From the NCBI GenBank assembly GCA_964496205.1, contig CAZBXV010000001.1, positions 30,680 through 94,679 of the forward strand: a DNA stretch of 64,000 nt. The letters are read 5' to 3'. Below are positions 16,957 to 26,358 of this stretch, one piece after another (position 1 is the stretch's first letter; every line of letters starts with the position of its first letter). The notes beneath the pieces are model-generated. The model was given only the letters and a program-made list of their open reading frames with translations, was not told where the DNA came from and did no database searches. The position numbers and the translations under genes were made by a program. The stretch is from an uncultured Acidimicrobiia bacterium (GTDB lineage Bacteria; Actinomycetota; Acidimicrobiia; Spongiisociales; UBA4744).

Positions 16957-19262
16957 TCGGCTGGGCGGCGCTCCTGCTCGCCCTGCTCCGGCTGGGCAAG
17001 CTGATCCGCCCAACCATCGAGGGTGCCCCTTGGCAGGTTGCGGTGGTCGCGGGCGCGTTGATGGGTGCCATCATCACGTGGGCTATGCGGCGGCCATGGG
17101 CCTCGCTGGGGGCCAACGCAATCGCATTCATCATCGTCTCGCTGCGCATCGTGACACCTGACACACTGACGCTCGGAATCATCCCGACGGCGACGACCAT
17201 CGACGCATTCCGCCAAGAACTCGCGCTCGGCATCAACATCATCCGCTTCGGTGTCGCCCCGGTTTCTCCAATCGCTGGGCTGGTGGTCATCCTCACGCTG
17301 GTCTTCTGGGCGCTCGGGGCCCTGTTGGCGTGGGGAAACCGCGCAAGCCGACCGCTGGTGGCGCTCCTCCCACCGCTTCTCTTCTACCTCCAGCTCGCAG
17401 TGATCGACCAGATGCCATCGGGTCTCTGGTGGATGGTGGCCTTCCTGACGATGGTTGCACTGGCGCTCATCTCGATCTCCCGCCAGCACAGGCTCGGTTC
17501 CACCGTCCGCATGCGTAGCTCCGACCGTGCACTCACCCCGACCACCTATCCCGCCCTATTCATCGTGTCTTCGATCCTGCTTGCTCTGCTAGGTGTGCGG
17601 ACCATGACGGACACGATCCCGTCGTCCGGCCTGGTCGACTGGAGAGCCCACTCGGCGATCGGCGGGGGTGTTCTCGTCGGCGTGTCCTACAACCTCTTCA
17701 CGAGCATCCACCAGGACCTCGTCTCTCATTCGAACACTCCGGTGTTCGCAGCGAAGGTCGCAGGAGATGTCGATCCCTCCACCCTCTACTGGCAGATCAT
17801 CACACTCGAGGACTTCGACGGCGCGAACTGGATCCCACGCAGCCGGCCTACCTCAGGGCCCGATGCCGACACCTGGGAGGATCCCGACGAGGCATTCTTC
17901 GGGACCACGGCACCAATCTCGACGTCGGTGAGGATCAACAGCCTCGTCGAGAACTACCTGCCGGTCGTCTACTCCCCCACGTGGCTCGGGTCGGATCTCG
18001 CCATCTTCAGCGGCAGCTTCGACGTTCGAACCGACGGTTCCGTCCACCTGACACTTCCGTCGTTTCGCGGCCTCACCTATCAGGAGACCGCCCTCGTACC
18101 CAAACCCGATGTCGATGTACTCGCAAGCCAGGGCGGGTTCCTGACGCCCATCTTCCGGGAGGCGGCCGACCAAGGTGTCTTCGAAGGACGAGCCGTTCAA
18201 ACGCCACGAGCGAGGCGCCCTGAAGAGGTCGAGCTGGATCTCGAGCTTCCGAAACTCGACCCGGTCATTCAGACACAGACACGGGTGCTGACCGCGGACG
18301 GCACGACCCCGTTCGAGAAGGCACTGCTGCTCGAAGCGTGGTTCCACGACCCGGCGAATTTCACCTACTCGACCGACATCGATGCCGGCCATTCGGCACG
18401 CAACCTCGCCGACTGGCTGTTCGCAACAGACAGCCCCTCCTATCGGACCGGCTACTGCGAGCAGTTCGCCACAGCAATGGCCGTGATGGCGAGAACGATC
18501 GGTATTCCTTCGAGGGTTGTGACCGGATTCGGCCCGGGTGAAGTGCAGCCGGATGGCACGATCGTCGTACGGGACCGGAACGCCCACGCATGGGTCGAAC
18601 TGTGGATGGACACCCAGGGATGGGTTCGGTTCGATCCGACACCGGGTGGGCCGGGCGGTACCGGTGGTTCGAGCACCGGCCTCGTCTCCTTCGATGCTCG
18701 GGACTACGTTCCGCCTCCACCAGAGACAACCGATGGGGAGAGCGGCTCTGAGGGAGCGGTCATCACCCGCGATGTCACGCCCGACTTCGGCGAGAACCAG
18801 GTGGCCGTTCCGATCGGATCAGGTGATCTTTCGGAGCCCGGCAGCAGTCCCTTCTCCTCGCCTGCGTTCGATGTGGCCATACTCCTGCTGCTCATCGTCC
18901 TCTCGCCGCTGATGACAAAGATCGCACGCCGAAGACGGCGAATCGAGCGCCTGAAAGAAGGGTACGTGTCCGCTGCATGGAACGAGCTCATCGACCGCCT
19001 CAGTGATCTCGGTACGAGGCCCGCCCCGTCGCTCACGCCCCTGGAATTCGCCGGCTCGGTTCACCAATCGATGATTCCTCTTGCCGACGGCGTGACGGCG
19101 ACTCGTTTCGGAAGATCCGAGAGGCTCGATGGTTCGAAGCTGGCGACAGCCACCCGTTCGTTCCTCGACACCGAGGCCTACCTGAAGACGGTGTATCCCG
19201 TCGGTGTGCGGATCCGGGCCAGAATGAGACTCCGATCGCTCTTCCGACGGGTGAGAAGCTGA
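16932..19262 (+). CDS. Transglutaminase-like domain membrane protein (TgpA-like).
   Basis: It has several N-terminal TM helices and a transglutaminase core (YRTGYCEQFATAMAVMARTIGIPSRVVTGF...AHAWVELWMDTQGWVRFDPT). It is third in the MoxR-DUF58-TGase triad. Confidence 0.8.
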   Translation: MGSRWNWVVGWAALLLALLRLGKLIRPTIEGAPWQVAVVAGALMGAIITWAMRRPWASLGANAIAFIIVSLRIVTPDTLTLGIIPTATTIDAFRQELALGINIIRFGVAPVSPIAGLVVILTLVFWALGALLAWGNRASRPLVALLPPLLFYLQLAVIDQMPSGLWWMVAFLTMVALALISISRQHRLGSTVRMRSSDRALTPTTYPALFIVSSILLALLGVRTMTDTIPSSGLVDWRAHSAIGGGVLVGVSYNLFTSIHQDLVSHSNTPVFAAKVAGDVDPSTLYWQIITLEDFDGANWIPRSRPTSGPDADTWEDPDEAFFGTTAPISTSVRINSLVENYLPVVYSPTWLGSDLAIFSGSFDVRTDGSVHLTLPSFRGLTYQETALVPKPDVDVLASQGGFLTPIFREAADQGVFEGRAVQTPRARRPEEVELDLELPKLDPVIQTQTRVLTADGTTPFEKALLLEAWFHDPANFTYSTDIDAGHSARNLADWLFATDSPSYRTGYCEQFATAMAVMARTIGIPSRVVTGFGPGEVQPDGTIVVRDRNAHAWVELWMDTQGWVRFDPTPGGPGGTGGSSTGLVSFDARDYVPPPPETTDGESGSEGAVITRDVTPDFGENQVAVPIGSGDLSEPGSSPFSSPAFDVAILLLLIVLSPLMTKIARRRRRIERLKEGYVSAAWNELIDRLSDLGTRPAPSLTPLEFAGSVHQSMIPLADGVTATRFGRSERLDGSKLATATRSFLDTEAYLKTVYPVGVRIRARMRLRSLFRRVRS

Positions 19263-19271
19263 CGGACTCGG

Positions 19272-19775
19272 TCAGATCGCGGCCTGATCGGATTCTTCGA
19301 GAACGCCTTCCTCGCTGCGCCGGATCATTTCGAGGAACCGTTCACGATCCAGTTCGAACTTCGACACGTCGTCTTCGACCTCACGAGTGATCGAGTCGAT
19401 CGCGACGAAGAATGCGAGCTGCCCACCGCGCAGCGCGTCGAGGAGCTGGGTGTCGTCCTCGGCGACTGAGAAGATGCTCTGACCGTCCGTGACCAGTTTG
19501 ACCTCGGCGAGATGCCGTTCCATCGCCCCGTTGCGGCGAAGGTAGTCCCATGCTCGGCGCACTCGCTGCACCGACATGCCGTTGTCAAGCAGGCTCTTGA
19601 TGACCCTCAGCGCGACGAGGTCTCTGAAGGAGTACAGACGGCGGACCCCCGGACGGCCCCCCGTACTCTGAATGGAAGGTTCAAGGAGTGATACTCGGTC
19701 CCAATACCTCAACTGATGCGCCGTGCACCCGGTCAGGTTGCATGCCTGTTGAGCGGTAAATCCTTCCACGAACAA
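19272..19775 (-). CDS. MerR-family transcriptional regulator.
   Basis: It has an N-terminal MerR HTH (FTAQQACNLTGCTAHQLRYWDRVSLLEP...RRLYSFRDLVALRVIKSL) and an uncharacterised C-terminal domain. Confidence 0.8.
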   Translation of the reverse strand: MFVEGFTAQQACNLTGCTAHQLRYWDRVSLLEPSIQSTGGRPGVRRLYSFRDLVALRVIKSLLDNGMSVQRVRRAWDYLRRNGAMERHLAEVKLVTDGQSIFSVAEDDTQLLDALRGGQLAFFVAIDSITREVEDDVSKFELDRERFLEMIRRSEEGVLEESDQAAI

Positions 19776-19813
19776 TCTCCCGATGTATTGACGACCGCCC
19801 TCGGTCGCCCCTC

Positions 19814-19844
19814 AAAAAAAGCGCTCCGGCTCGGCTCGCCGGGG
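19814..19844 (-). terminator. Rho-independent terminator downstream of the DUF3040 gene.
   Basis: The minus strand reads CCCCGGCGAGCCGAGCCGGAGCGC followed by TTTTTTT. The stem is about 7 bp with a 7-nt loop and a 7-U run (plus-strand A-run at 19814-19820). Confidence 0.6.
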
Positions 19845-19869
19845 GCCTCACTCTAGCGTCTGCAATCGG

Positions 19870-20190
19870 TCACTGCCGAGTCGAGCGGCCACCACCAAAA
19901 CGCCCCTTCCGGTCGGCGTTTTTCGCGGTTCCGGACGCCTTGCGAGCCCGTAGAAACTCGCTTCCGGCGAGCACCATGACCACGAAACCACCCAGTGCAA
20001 GCCACTGGTTGAACACAAACGTGCCGAGGGTCACGGCAAGTCCGAAAACGAACGCGACCGCGGCGACGACGACCCTTCGAGACGCCACCCTGTTCAGACG
20101 TCCGACCTTGCGCGCCAGCGAGGGATCCTGTGCGTACAGGCCCTGCTCGATCTCCTTGAGGATCTTCTGTTCGCGCTCATCGAGTGGCAT
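19870..20190 (-). CDS. DUF3040-family small membrane protein.
   Basis: MPLDEREQKILKEIEQGLYAQDPSLARKV followed by two TM helices matches the DUF3040 pattern. The ATG at 20188-20190 is preferred over the long R-rich track extension. Confidence 0.65.
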   Translation of the reverse strand: MPLDEREQKILKEIEQGLYAQDPSLARKVGRLNRVASRRVVVAAVAFVFGLAVTLGTFVFNQWLALGGFVVMVLAGSEFLRARKASGTAKNADRKGRFGGGRSTRQ

Positions 20191-20227
20191 GGTGCCCCTC
20201 CATAATACCTGTCCCCTCTGCGTTCGC

Positions 20228-20839
20228 TCAGACAGTCTTCGGAGGAAACGATTCCGACGATGTAGGCGGCTGCCATCGTTGCACCTCCCGCCACGATGGA
20301 GCCAGGGTGATGACCTCCGCGTGGGATGGCCGATCCACGACGAAGTGCTCCTTCGAGAGCCCCAGCAAAGCAAGGCGTGCAGCCTGAATCGGATCCATAT
20401 GGGAAACAATCACCACTTCGGCCTGGCTCGCTTCCGCGGCGCGTTCGATCGCTTGTGCCATCCGCTGCCCCATCTCGGAGAGCGACTCAGGAGAGAAGGG
20501 CAGGCGCCACGGTGTCTCGAAGTATGCGGCACGCTCAACGTCGGGAATGTCCTCCCAGTGCATGCCCGCCCATCGATCGGATAGGCCCCATTCGGCGAAC
20601 GCCGGATCGAGGCTCACATCGAGCCCGTGGCCGGCGGCAATCGGCGCAGCCGTCTCCATCGTCCTGTCGAGGGGCGACGACCACACCCTGGTGATCAAAC
20701 GAGATGAAAGGTAGTCGGCAGACTCCTGCGCCTGCGTCCGCCCCCGCTCGGTCAGCGGAAAACCAGGCAGACCTGCGTAGACGATCCTCTCCGGGTTTTC
20801 GACTTCCCCGTGTCTCACCAGATGAACGAAGGTTGCCAC
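20228..20839 (-). CDS. Histidine phosphatase family protein (phosphoglycerate mutase-like).
   Basis: VHLVRHGE carries the catalytic RHG, and there is a downstream conserved His (SHMDPIQA). Confidence 0.8.
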   Translation of the reverse strand: MATFVHLVRHGEVENPERIVYAGLPGFPLTERGRTQAQESADYLSSRLITRVWSSPLDRTMETAAPIAAGHGLDVSLDPAFAEWGLSDRWAGMHWEDIPDVERAAYFETPWRLPFSPESLSEMGQRMAQAIERAAEASQAEVVIVSHMDPIQAARLALLGLSKEHFVVDRPSHAEVITLAPSWREVQRWQPPTSSESFPPKTV

Positions 20840-20867
20840 AGCGTTGCGAGTCTAGGGACCAGGGTCG

Positions 20868-22115
20868 TCAGCCGGCGCGACCCAGCACGAGGACGGCGTT
20901 GTGACCCCCGAAACCGAACGAATCGCTCATCGCGACACGGACATCCGCCTCGCGGAGCTCGTTGGGCACGTAGTCGAGGTCGCACTCGGGATCGGGGTTC
21001 CGGTAGTTGATCGTCGGCGGCACCACCCCATCCTTCATTGCGAGAAGCGTCGCAATCGCTTCGACGGCGCCCGCTCCTCCGAGCAGATGTCCAGTCATCG
21101 ACTTCGTCGACGAAACCGGAATGTCGTAGGCGCGTTCACCAAAGACGGTCTTGATGGCTGCCGTTTCGGTGACGTCATTGGCAGGTGTGGAAGTCCCGTG
21201 CGCATTGATGTAGCCGATCTCCGAAGCGTCGACACCCGAGTCGTCCAGTGCTGCACGCATCGCGCGGGCCGCCCCGTCGCCACCCGGTCGAGGCAGCGTG
21301 ATGTGAAAGGCGTCAGATGACATGCCATAGCCGAGGATCTCCCCGTGGATATGGGCGCCACGCGCAAGGGCATGTTCTCGCTCCTCGAGCACCAGCGACC
21401 CCGCACCCTCGGACATGATGAATCCGTCCCGCGTCGCATCGAACGGCCTGCACGCTCCCATTGGGTCGTCGTTGCGCGTGCTGAGAGCTTTCGCCTGGGC
21501 GAACGACGCAACACCGAACTCGCAGATCGGTGCTTCCGCGCCGCCGGCAACCATCACGTCGGCCGCGCCGCGTCTGATGATCTCGGTTGCGTCGCCGATC
21601 GCATTCGCGGACGCCGCACACGCGGTCACCACACACGTGACAGGCCCCAGAAGGCCGAATCCGATGGACACATCGCCCGCTGCCATGTTCGGAATCAGAC
21701 GTGTCACCGTGTACGGCGAGATCCGATCAGGTCCTCGGGTCCGCATCGTGTCGATTCCGTCCTGCATCGAGATGAACCCTCCGATGCCGGAACCGACCAC
21801 GGCGCCTGCTCTCGATCCCCCGACCGGATCGTCGCGGAGGTCGAGACCTGCATCTTGCATGGCTTGGACGGTTGCCGCGTAGAAGAACTGATCAAACCGG
21901 TCCATGCGGCGAGCAGTCCGGCGGTCCATGAACGCTTCCGGATCGAAATCCTTGACCTCACCGGCGAACCGGACCGCCAAACCCGACGCATCGAAAAGCG
22001 TGATCGGTCCGATGCCCGACCGACCAGACCGAAGCGAAGCCCAGTAGTCGTCGACTGTGTTGCCGATCGGGGTGATGACCCCGAGGCCGGTAACCACTAC
22101 TCGTCGGCGATCCAT
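20868..22115 (-). CDS. fabF: 3-oxoacyl-[acyl-carrier-protein] synthase II (KAS II).
   Basis: VVVTGLGVITPIGN, the active-site Cys region (VTACAASANAIGDA) and the His-His-Lys region (YINAHGTSTPANDVTE, GHLLGGAGAVEAIATLLA) are present. It follows acpP. Confidence 0.9.
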   Translation of the reverse strand: MDRRRVVVTGLGVITPIGNTVDDYWASLRSGRSGIGPITLFDASGLAVRFAGEVKDFDPEAFMDRRTARRMDRFDQFFYAATVQAMQDAGLDLRDDPVGGSRAGAVVGSGIGGFISMQDGIDTMRTRGPDRISPYTVTRLIPNMAAGDVSIGFGLLGPVTCVVTACAASANAIGDATEIIRRGAADVMVAGGAEAPICEFGVASFAQAKALSTRNDDPMGACRPFDATRDGFIMSEGAGSLVLEEREHALARGAHIHGEILGYGMSSDAFHITLPRPGGDGAARAMRAALDDSGVDASEIGYINAHGTSTPANDVTETAAIKTVFGERAYDIPVSSTKSMTGHLLGGAGAVEAIATLLAMKDGVVPPTINYRNPDPECDLDYVPNELREADVRVAMSDSFGFGGHNAVLVLGRAG

Positions 22116-22121
22116 CGTGAA

Positions 22122-22367
22122 TCAGGCTCCGAGCTTGGCGACCACCACGTCGACGGCCTGACCAACCGTGCCGATGTGCTCCGCCTCTTCATCGGGAATC
22201 GTTACCCCGAATTCGTCCTCGATCGCCATCAACAGCTCGACGACGCCAAGCGAGTCGACCTCGAGATCCGTCTCGAACTTGGCGTCAGGCGCAATCTTCG
22301 ATTCGTCGATGCCCAGTTCAGACACCAGAAGAGTCTTCAGTTTTGCTTCGATTTCTGCTCGATTCAT
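22122..22367 (-). CDS. acpP: Acyl carrier protein.
   Basis: The 81-aa product has the phosphopantetheine attachment motif LEVDSLGVVEL. Confidence 0.9.
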   Translation of the reverse strand: MNRAEIEAKLKTLLVSELGIDESKIAPDAKFETDLEVDSLGVVELLMAIEDEFGVTIPDEEAEHIGTVGQAVDVVVAKLGA

Positions 22368-22376
22368 AGTTCCCTC

Positions 22377-23117
22377 CTACAGGGTCAGTCCTCCATCCAC
22401 CACGAGCACCTGGCCCGAGATGTAAGAGGCGTTTTCCGATGCAAGATAGCCGACCGCGCTCGCGATTTCGGCCGGCGTTCCGAACCTCCCGACAGCGATG
22501 GAGCCGACCGCGGTCAACTTCACCTCGTCGGGGAGGTCGAATGTCATGTCGGTCTCGACGAATCCGGGTGCGACGACATTCACGGTGATTCCTCGCGACC
22601 CAACCTCTTTCGCCACCGATTTCGCGAATCCGATGACTCCAGCTTTGGCGGCCGAGTAGTTCGACTGCCCGGGGTTGCCGGTGATTCCGGCCACGGATCC
22701 GACCATGACGACTCGTCCCCACCGAGCTCGCAGCATGTGCCGAAGCGCACGCTTGGTGCACATGTAGACGGACGTGAGATTGGTGGTGATGACCTCCTGC
22801 CACACGTCGTCGTCCATTCGCGGAAGCAGAGTGTCTCGTCTGATCCCGGCGTTGTTGACGAGGATTTCGACCGGCCCAAACCTGTCGTTGACCGCCTCGA
22901 ACATGACATCCACGTGCTTCTTGTCCGACACATCAGCCTGGACGGCCATCGCTGAGCCGCCCTCCGACTCGATCGTCCTGATCACGTCGAGTGCTGCGCC
23001 CTCACGCGCCCGGTAGTTCACGGCCACAGCATGGCCCTGCCTCGCCAGTTCGAGTGCGACGGCACGGCCGATACCCCGTGACCCTCCGGTGACGAGCGCA
23101 ACTCGACCCACGTTCAT
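22377..23117 (-). CDS. fabG: 3-oxoacyl-[acyl-carrier-protein] reductase FabG (SDR family).
   Basis: It has TGGSRGIG, NNAG and YSAAK (catalytic YxxxK). The start MNVGRVALVTGG at 23117 overlaps the fabH stop by 4 bp. Confidence 0.85.
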   Translation of the reverse strand: MNVGRVALVTGGSRGIGRAVALELARQGHAVAVNYRAREGAALDVIRTIESEGGSAMAVQADVSDKKHVDVMFEAVNDRFGPVEILVNNAGIRRDTLLPRMDDDVWQEVITTNLTSVYMCTKRALRHMLRARWGRVVMVGSVAGITGNPGQSNYSAAKAGVIGFAKSVAKEVGSRGITVNVVAPGFVETDMTFDLPDEVKLTAVGSIAVGRFGTPAEIASAVGYLASENASYISGQVLVVDGGLTL

Positions 23118-24193
23118 ACGCCTTTGCCGAAGAACTGGACGTTGCCGTCGAGCAACGAGAAGACGTCGCCGTCGTATCCAGGCAACTCGGCGTTGCTGGT
23201 CGACATCGGTTCCACTCGACTCCCCCACCGCACGAGGGCCGCCGCCCAGGTGAGACCGGCGCCGAATGCAGCAAACACGATGTCATCTCCCGCCTTGACC
23301 TTCCCTGCTTCGAGCGCTTCGGTCAACGCCATCGGGATCGTCGCGGCGGAGCTGTTTCCGTAGCGGCCGATGTTGATGAAGACCTGATCCTCGCTGAGTT
23401 TCAGCCGCCGAGCCGTCGCGTCGATGATTCGGATGTTGGCTTGGTGGGGAATGAGCAGGTCGACATCGTCGACGGTGAGACCGGCATCCTCGACCACCTT
23501 TGTCGCAGCTGCACCCATCGCCTTGACAGCCCGCTTGAACACCTCGGGTCCGTCCATGATCACGCCGTACTTCGACCGATCATCGCCTTGGTACCGATCC
23601 CCGGACGTGCCAACGCCCGGGACCCAGAGAAGCGGTGCCGCTTCGCCGTCTGAACCCATTGTCGCCGACAAGAGGCCCTCGTCTTCCTCGGTGGGCTCCA
23701 GAATCACCGCACCCGCACCATCCCCGAAGAGCACGGCCGTGTTCCGATTGGTGAAGTCGATGTAGTGGGAGAGCCGTTCGGACGCAACGAGCAGTACTCT
23801 CCGGTTGGCACCCGCGCGGATCATCTGACCGCAGACGTTCAGTCCATAGATCCATCCAGAACAGGCGGCATTCAGGTCGAACGCTGCCGCATTGACGGCA
23901 CCGAGCTTGGCTTGGAGCAGCGTCGCAGGACTCGGGATGACCGTATCACCCGTGCAGGTTGCCATGACCACCAGGTCGAGGTCGGTCGGTTCGAGACCCG
24001 CAGCAGCGAGGGCTCGGTGAGAGGCGATCAACGCCATGTCCGAGGTGGACACGTGCGAGATCCGTCGTTCCTTGATACCGGTCCGGCTGGTGATCCATTC
24101 ATCGGACGTGTTGGTGAGCTTCTCGAGATCCTCGTTCGAGAGGACGGTCGGTGGGGCGTACCTGCCCCACCCGGTGATTGTGGCGTTTGTCAT
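23114..24193 (-). CDS. fabH: 3-oxoacyl-[acyl-carrier-protein] synthase III (KAS III).
   Basis: ITGWGRYAPPTVLSNEDL...ACSGWIYGL (active-site Cys) and the C-terminal His/Asn region are present. The start at 24193 overlaps the fabD stop. Confidence 0.9.
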   Translation of the reverse strand: MTNATITGWGRYAPPTVLSNEDLEKLTNTSDEWITSRTGIKERRISHVSTSDMALIASHRALAAAGLEPTDLDLVVMATCTGDTVIPSPATLLQAKLGAVNAAAFDLNAACSGWIYGLNVCGQMIRAGANRRVLLVASERLSHYIDFTNRNTAVLFGDGAGAVILEPTEEDEGLLSATMGSDGEAAPLLWVPGVGTSGDRYQGDDRSKYGVIMDGPEVFKRAVKAMGAAATKVVEDAGLTVDDVDLLIPHQANIRIIDATARRLKLSEDQVFINIGRYGNSSAATIPMALTEALEAGKVKAGDDIVFAAFGAGLTWAAALVRWGSRVEPMSTSNAELPGYDGDVFSLLDGNVQFFGKGV

Positions 24194-25116
24194 CGTTCCT
24201 CGTTCAGTTGCTGAGCGGCCGCTTTCCACGTGTCCGGGTCAGAAGCCACCAGGACGGTCGAGCCGTCAACCGTGCGTTTCGCCATGCCGGCGGTCACCTC
24301 CCCTGGTCCCACGTGCACAAAGGTGTCTACCCCCATGGCTGCGATCGATTCTGCGAATCTCACCGGCTCGACGACCTGCCGACCAAGGAGGGTCGCGAAC
24401 TGGTTGTCGGCGTACGGCAACGCCGACACGTTTGCGTATACGGGGAACCGCGGTGGCTGAGGATCCGAATCCCTCACCGCCTGTTCGACAGCAGACGCGG
24501 CCGTCGCCATGAGCGGAGAATGGAACGCGCCGGCGACGTTGAGAGGGATCACTCGCCTGATGCCGAGATCCCGCCCGTGTTCAACGGCCCACTCGATATC
24601 GGCTGATGCACCGGCGACGACGATCTGGCCAGGGGCATTGATGTTGGCCACCCACAGGCGTCCGCCGGCCGATCGTCGCCGTTCACACACCTCCTCAGCG
24701 GCATCCCTGTCGACACCGATGAGTGCAGCCATCCCAGATGGTTCCCGCCCCGCGGCTTCCGACATCGCCTCTCCGCGCAGTGCGACCAGGCGCAGTGCCG
24801 TGGCGTAGTCGAACACACCGGCAGCGGTCAGGGCCGTGTACTCGCCCAAGGAGTGGCCCGCGGCAGCAAAGGGTTCAACATCGATGAATTTGGAGAACTC
24901 GGACCACGTCGCGTAGCCGATGGCGAACAAGGCGACCTGAGCGCGATCGGTCCGGGTCAAAAGCTCGTCCGGGCCTTCCAGGCAGACGTCACGAAGCGAC
25001 CACCCGAGAATCTCGTCGGCAGCATCCCCCAACAGATCGGGCCGGGCCTCGAAGAGTGGGAGCCCCATACCGACGTACTGGCTGCCTTGTCCGGGAAACA
25101 GGATTGAAAAACGCAC
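24190..25116 (-). CDS. fabD: Malonyl CoA-acyl carrier protein transacylase.
   Basis: FPGQGSQYVGMG and the GHSLGEYTAL active-site Ser motif are present. Confidence 0.9.
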   Translation of the reverse strand: MRFSILFPGQGSQYVGMGLPLFEARPDLLGDAADEILGWSLRDVCLEGPDELLTRTDRAQVALFAIGYATWSEFSKFIDVEPFAAAGHSLGEYTALTAAGVFDYATALRLVALRGEAMSEAAGREPSGMAALIGVDRDAAEEVCERRRSAGGRLWVANINAPGQIVVAGASADIEWAVEHGRDLGIRRVIPLNVAGAFHSPLMATAASAVEQAVRDSDPQPPRFPVYANVSALPYADNQFATLLGRQVVEPVRFAESIAAMGVDTFVHVGPGEVTAGMAKRTVDGSTVLVASDPDTWKAAAQQLNEER

Positions 25117-25244
25117 GGGTGATATGACCCTATGCGCATTCGTACGGTTACGTCGTCCTTTCGTGACAAAACGATGCCGAGCCCAAAGCTGGACTTCGAG
25201 CCTCGCGTCGCCGTCGGCCGAGCCCGAAACCGCCCGGACGGATG

Positions 25245-26288
25245 TCAGACCGCCGACAGCCGATCGACGACCGCGAGAACACGATCCACGTCGCTGTCGT
25301 CGACGTCCTGATGGAGGGCGAAGCGAAGCAGGCCCGGCGACATATCGCCAACGAGCACTCCGTCTCGTGCGAGCTCGGCGGTGAACTCGTCGCCGCCAAA
25401 TGGGAACGCGTCCGTGTCAACGATCACCATGTTCGTCTGCACCTGGTCGAGGTCGACCGAGCCGGGGAATCTCGATGCCAGCTCCGAACCGAGCCGTTTC
25501 GCCCGTCGGTGGTCTTCACGAAGATGGTCTCTGTTTCGTAGCGCGAGCAACGCCGCTGCGGCGAGCACGCCGACTTGCCGCATCCCTCCCCCGAGGCGCT
25601 TGCGCCGAAACCTCGCTTCCTCGATCACCTCCGACGAGCCGCACAACACGGACCCGACAGGCGCACCCAGTCCCTTGGAGAAGCAGTACATCACGGTGTC
25701 CGCCTGGTCGGCGATCTCGGTGACCGGCACGCCAAGGGAGATCGCCGCGTTGAAGATTCGTGCACCGTCGAGGTGTACCGGCACAGCCAAGCTCCTTGCG
25801 GTATCCGTGGCGACCCGCATCGTCTCGAGCGGGATGACCGTGCCTCCAGTCGCCGTGAGTGGGTTCTCCCAGACCAGAAGGCGAACACGCGGAAGGTGGT
25901 AGCCGGCGCCGGCCACCGCCCTTTCGACGTCTTCAGGCAGGATGGAGCCGTCTGCCGACTCGATGGTTCGGAACTGGACTCCCGAAATGGCCGCCGCCGC
26001 ACCCACCTCGTACTGACGGACATGGGCTTGCGCCACACAGACCGCCTCGTCGCCTGCTCGTACGAACGTGTTGATCGCCAGTTGGTTGGCCATGCTTCCC
26101 GTCGGTGTGAACACGGCCGCCTGCATTCCAATGAGTGCCGCTGCCTCCTCCTCCAATGCGTTGACGGTTGGATCCTCCCCGTATACGTCATCGCCGACCT
26201 CGGCGTCGGCCATGGCTCTGCGCATCGCCGGAGTCGGCCGGGTCACGGTATCGGAGCGGAAATCTGCTGTGCCGTCGGTGAATGCCAT
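25245..26288 (-). CDS. ltaE: Low-specificity L-threonine aldolase (PLP-dependent).
   Basis: FRSDTVTRPTPAMRRAMADAEVGDDVYGEDPTVNALEE and the CFSKGLGAPVGS (PLP Lys) region match LtaE. The start is MAFTDG at 26288. Confidence 0.8.
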   Translation of the reverse strand: MAFTDGTADFRSDTVTRPTPAMRRAMADAEVGDDVYGEDPTVNALEEEAAALIGMQAAVFTPTGSMANQLAINTFVRAGDEAVCVAQAHVRQYEVGAAAAISGVQFRTIESADGSILPEDVERAVAGAGYHLPRVRLLVWENPLTATGGTVIPLETMRVATDTARSLAVPVHLDGARIFNAAISLGVPVTEIADQADTVMYCFSKGLGAPVGSVLCGSSEVIEEARFRRKRLGGGMRQVGVLAAAALLALRNRDHLREDHRRAKRLGSELASRFPGSVDLDQVQTNMVIVDTDAFPFGGDEFTAELARDGVLVGDMSPGLLRFALHQDVDDSDVDRVLAVVDRLSAV

Positions 26289-26358
26289 GTCTGTCCTCCG
26301 CGGCCACAGTACCCCGTTTGCCCGACACCGAGGTGCCACCGACTAACCTGCGCGGCCT

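Noticed and set aside
21345-22955. 536-aa plus-strand ORF spanning fabF-acpP-fabG.
   Set aside because: It is antisense to three strongly supported genes and its translation is R/D/H-rich.
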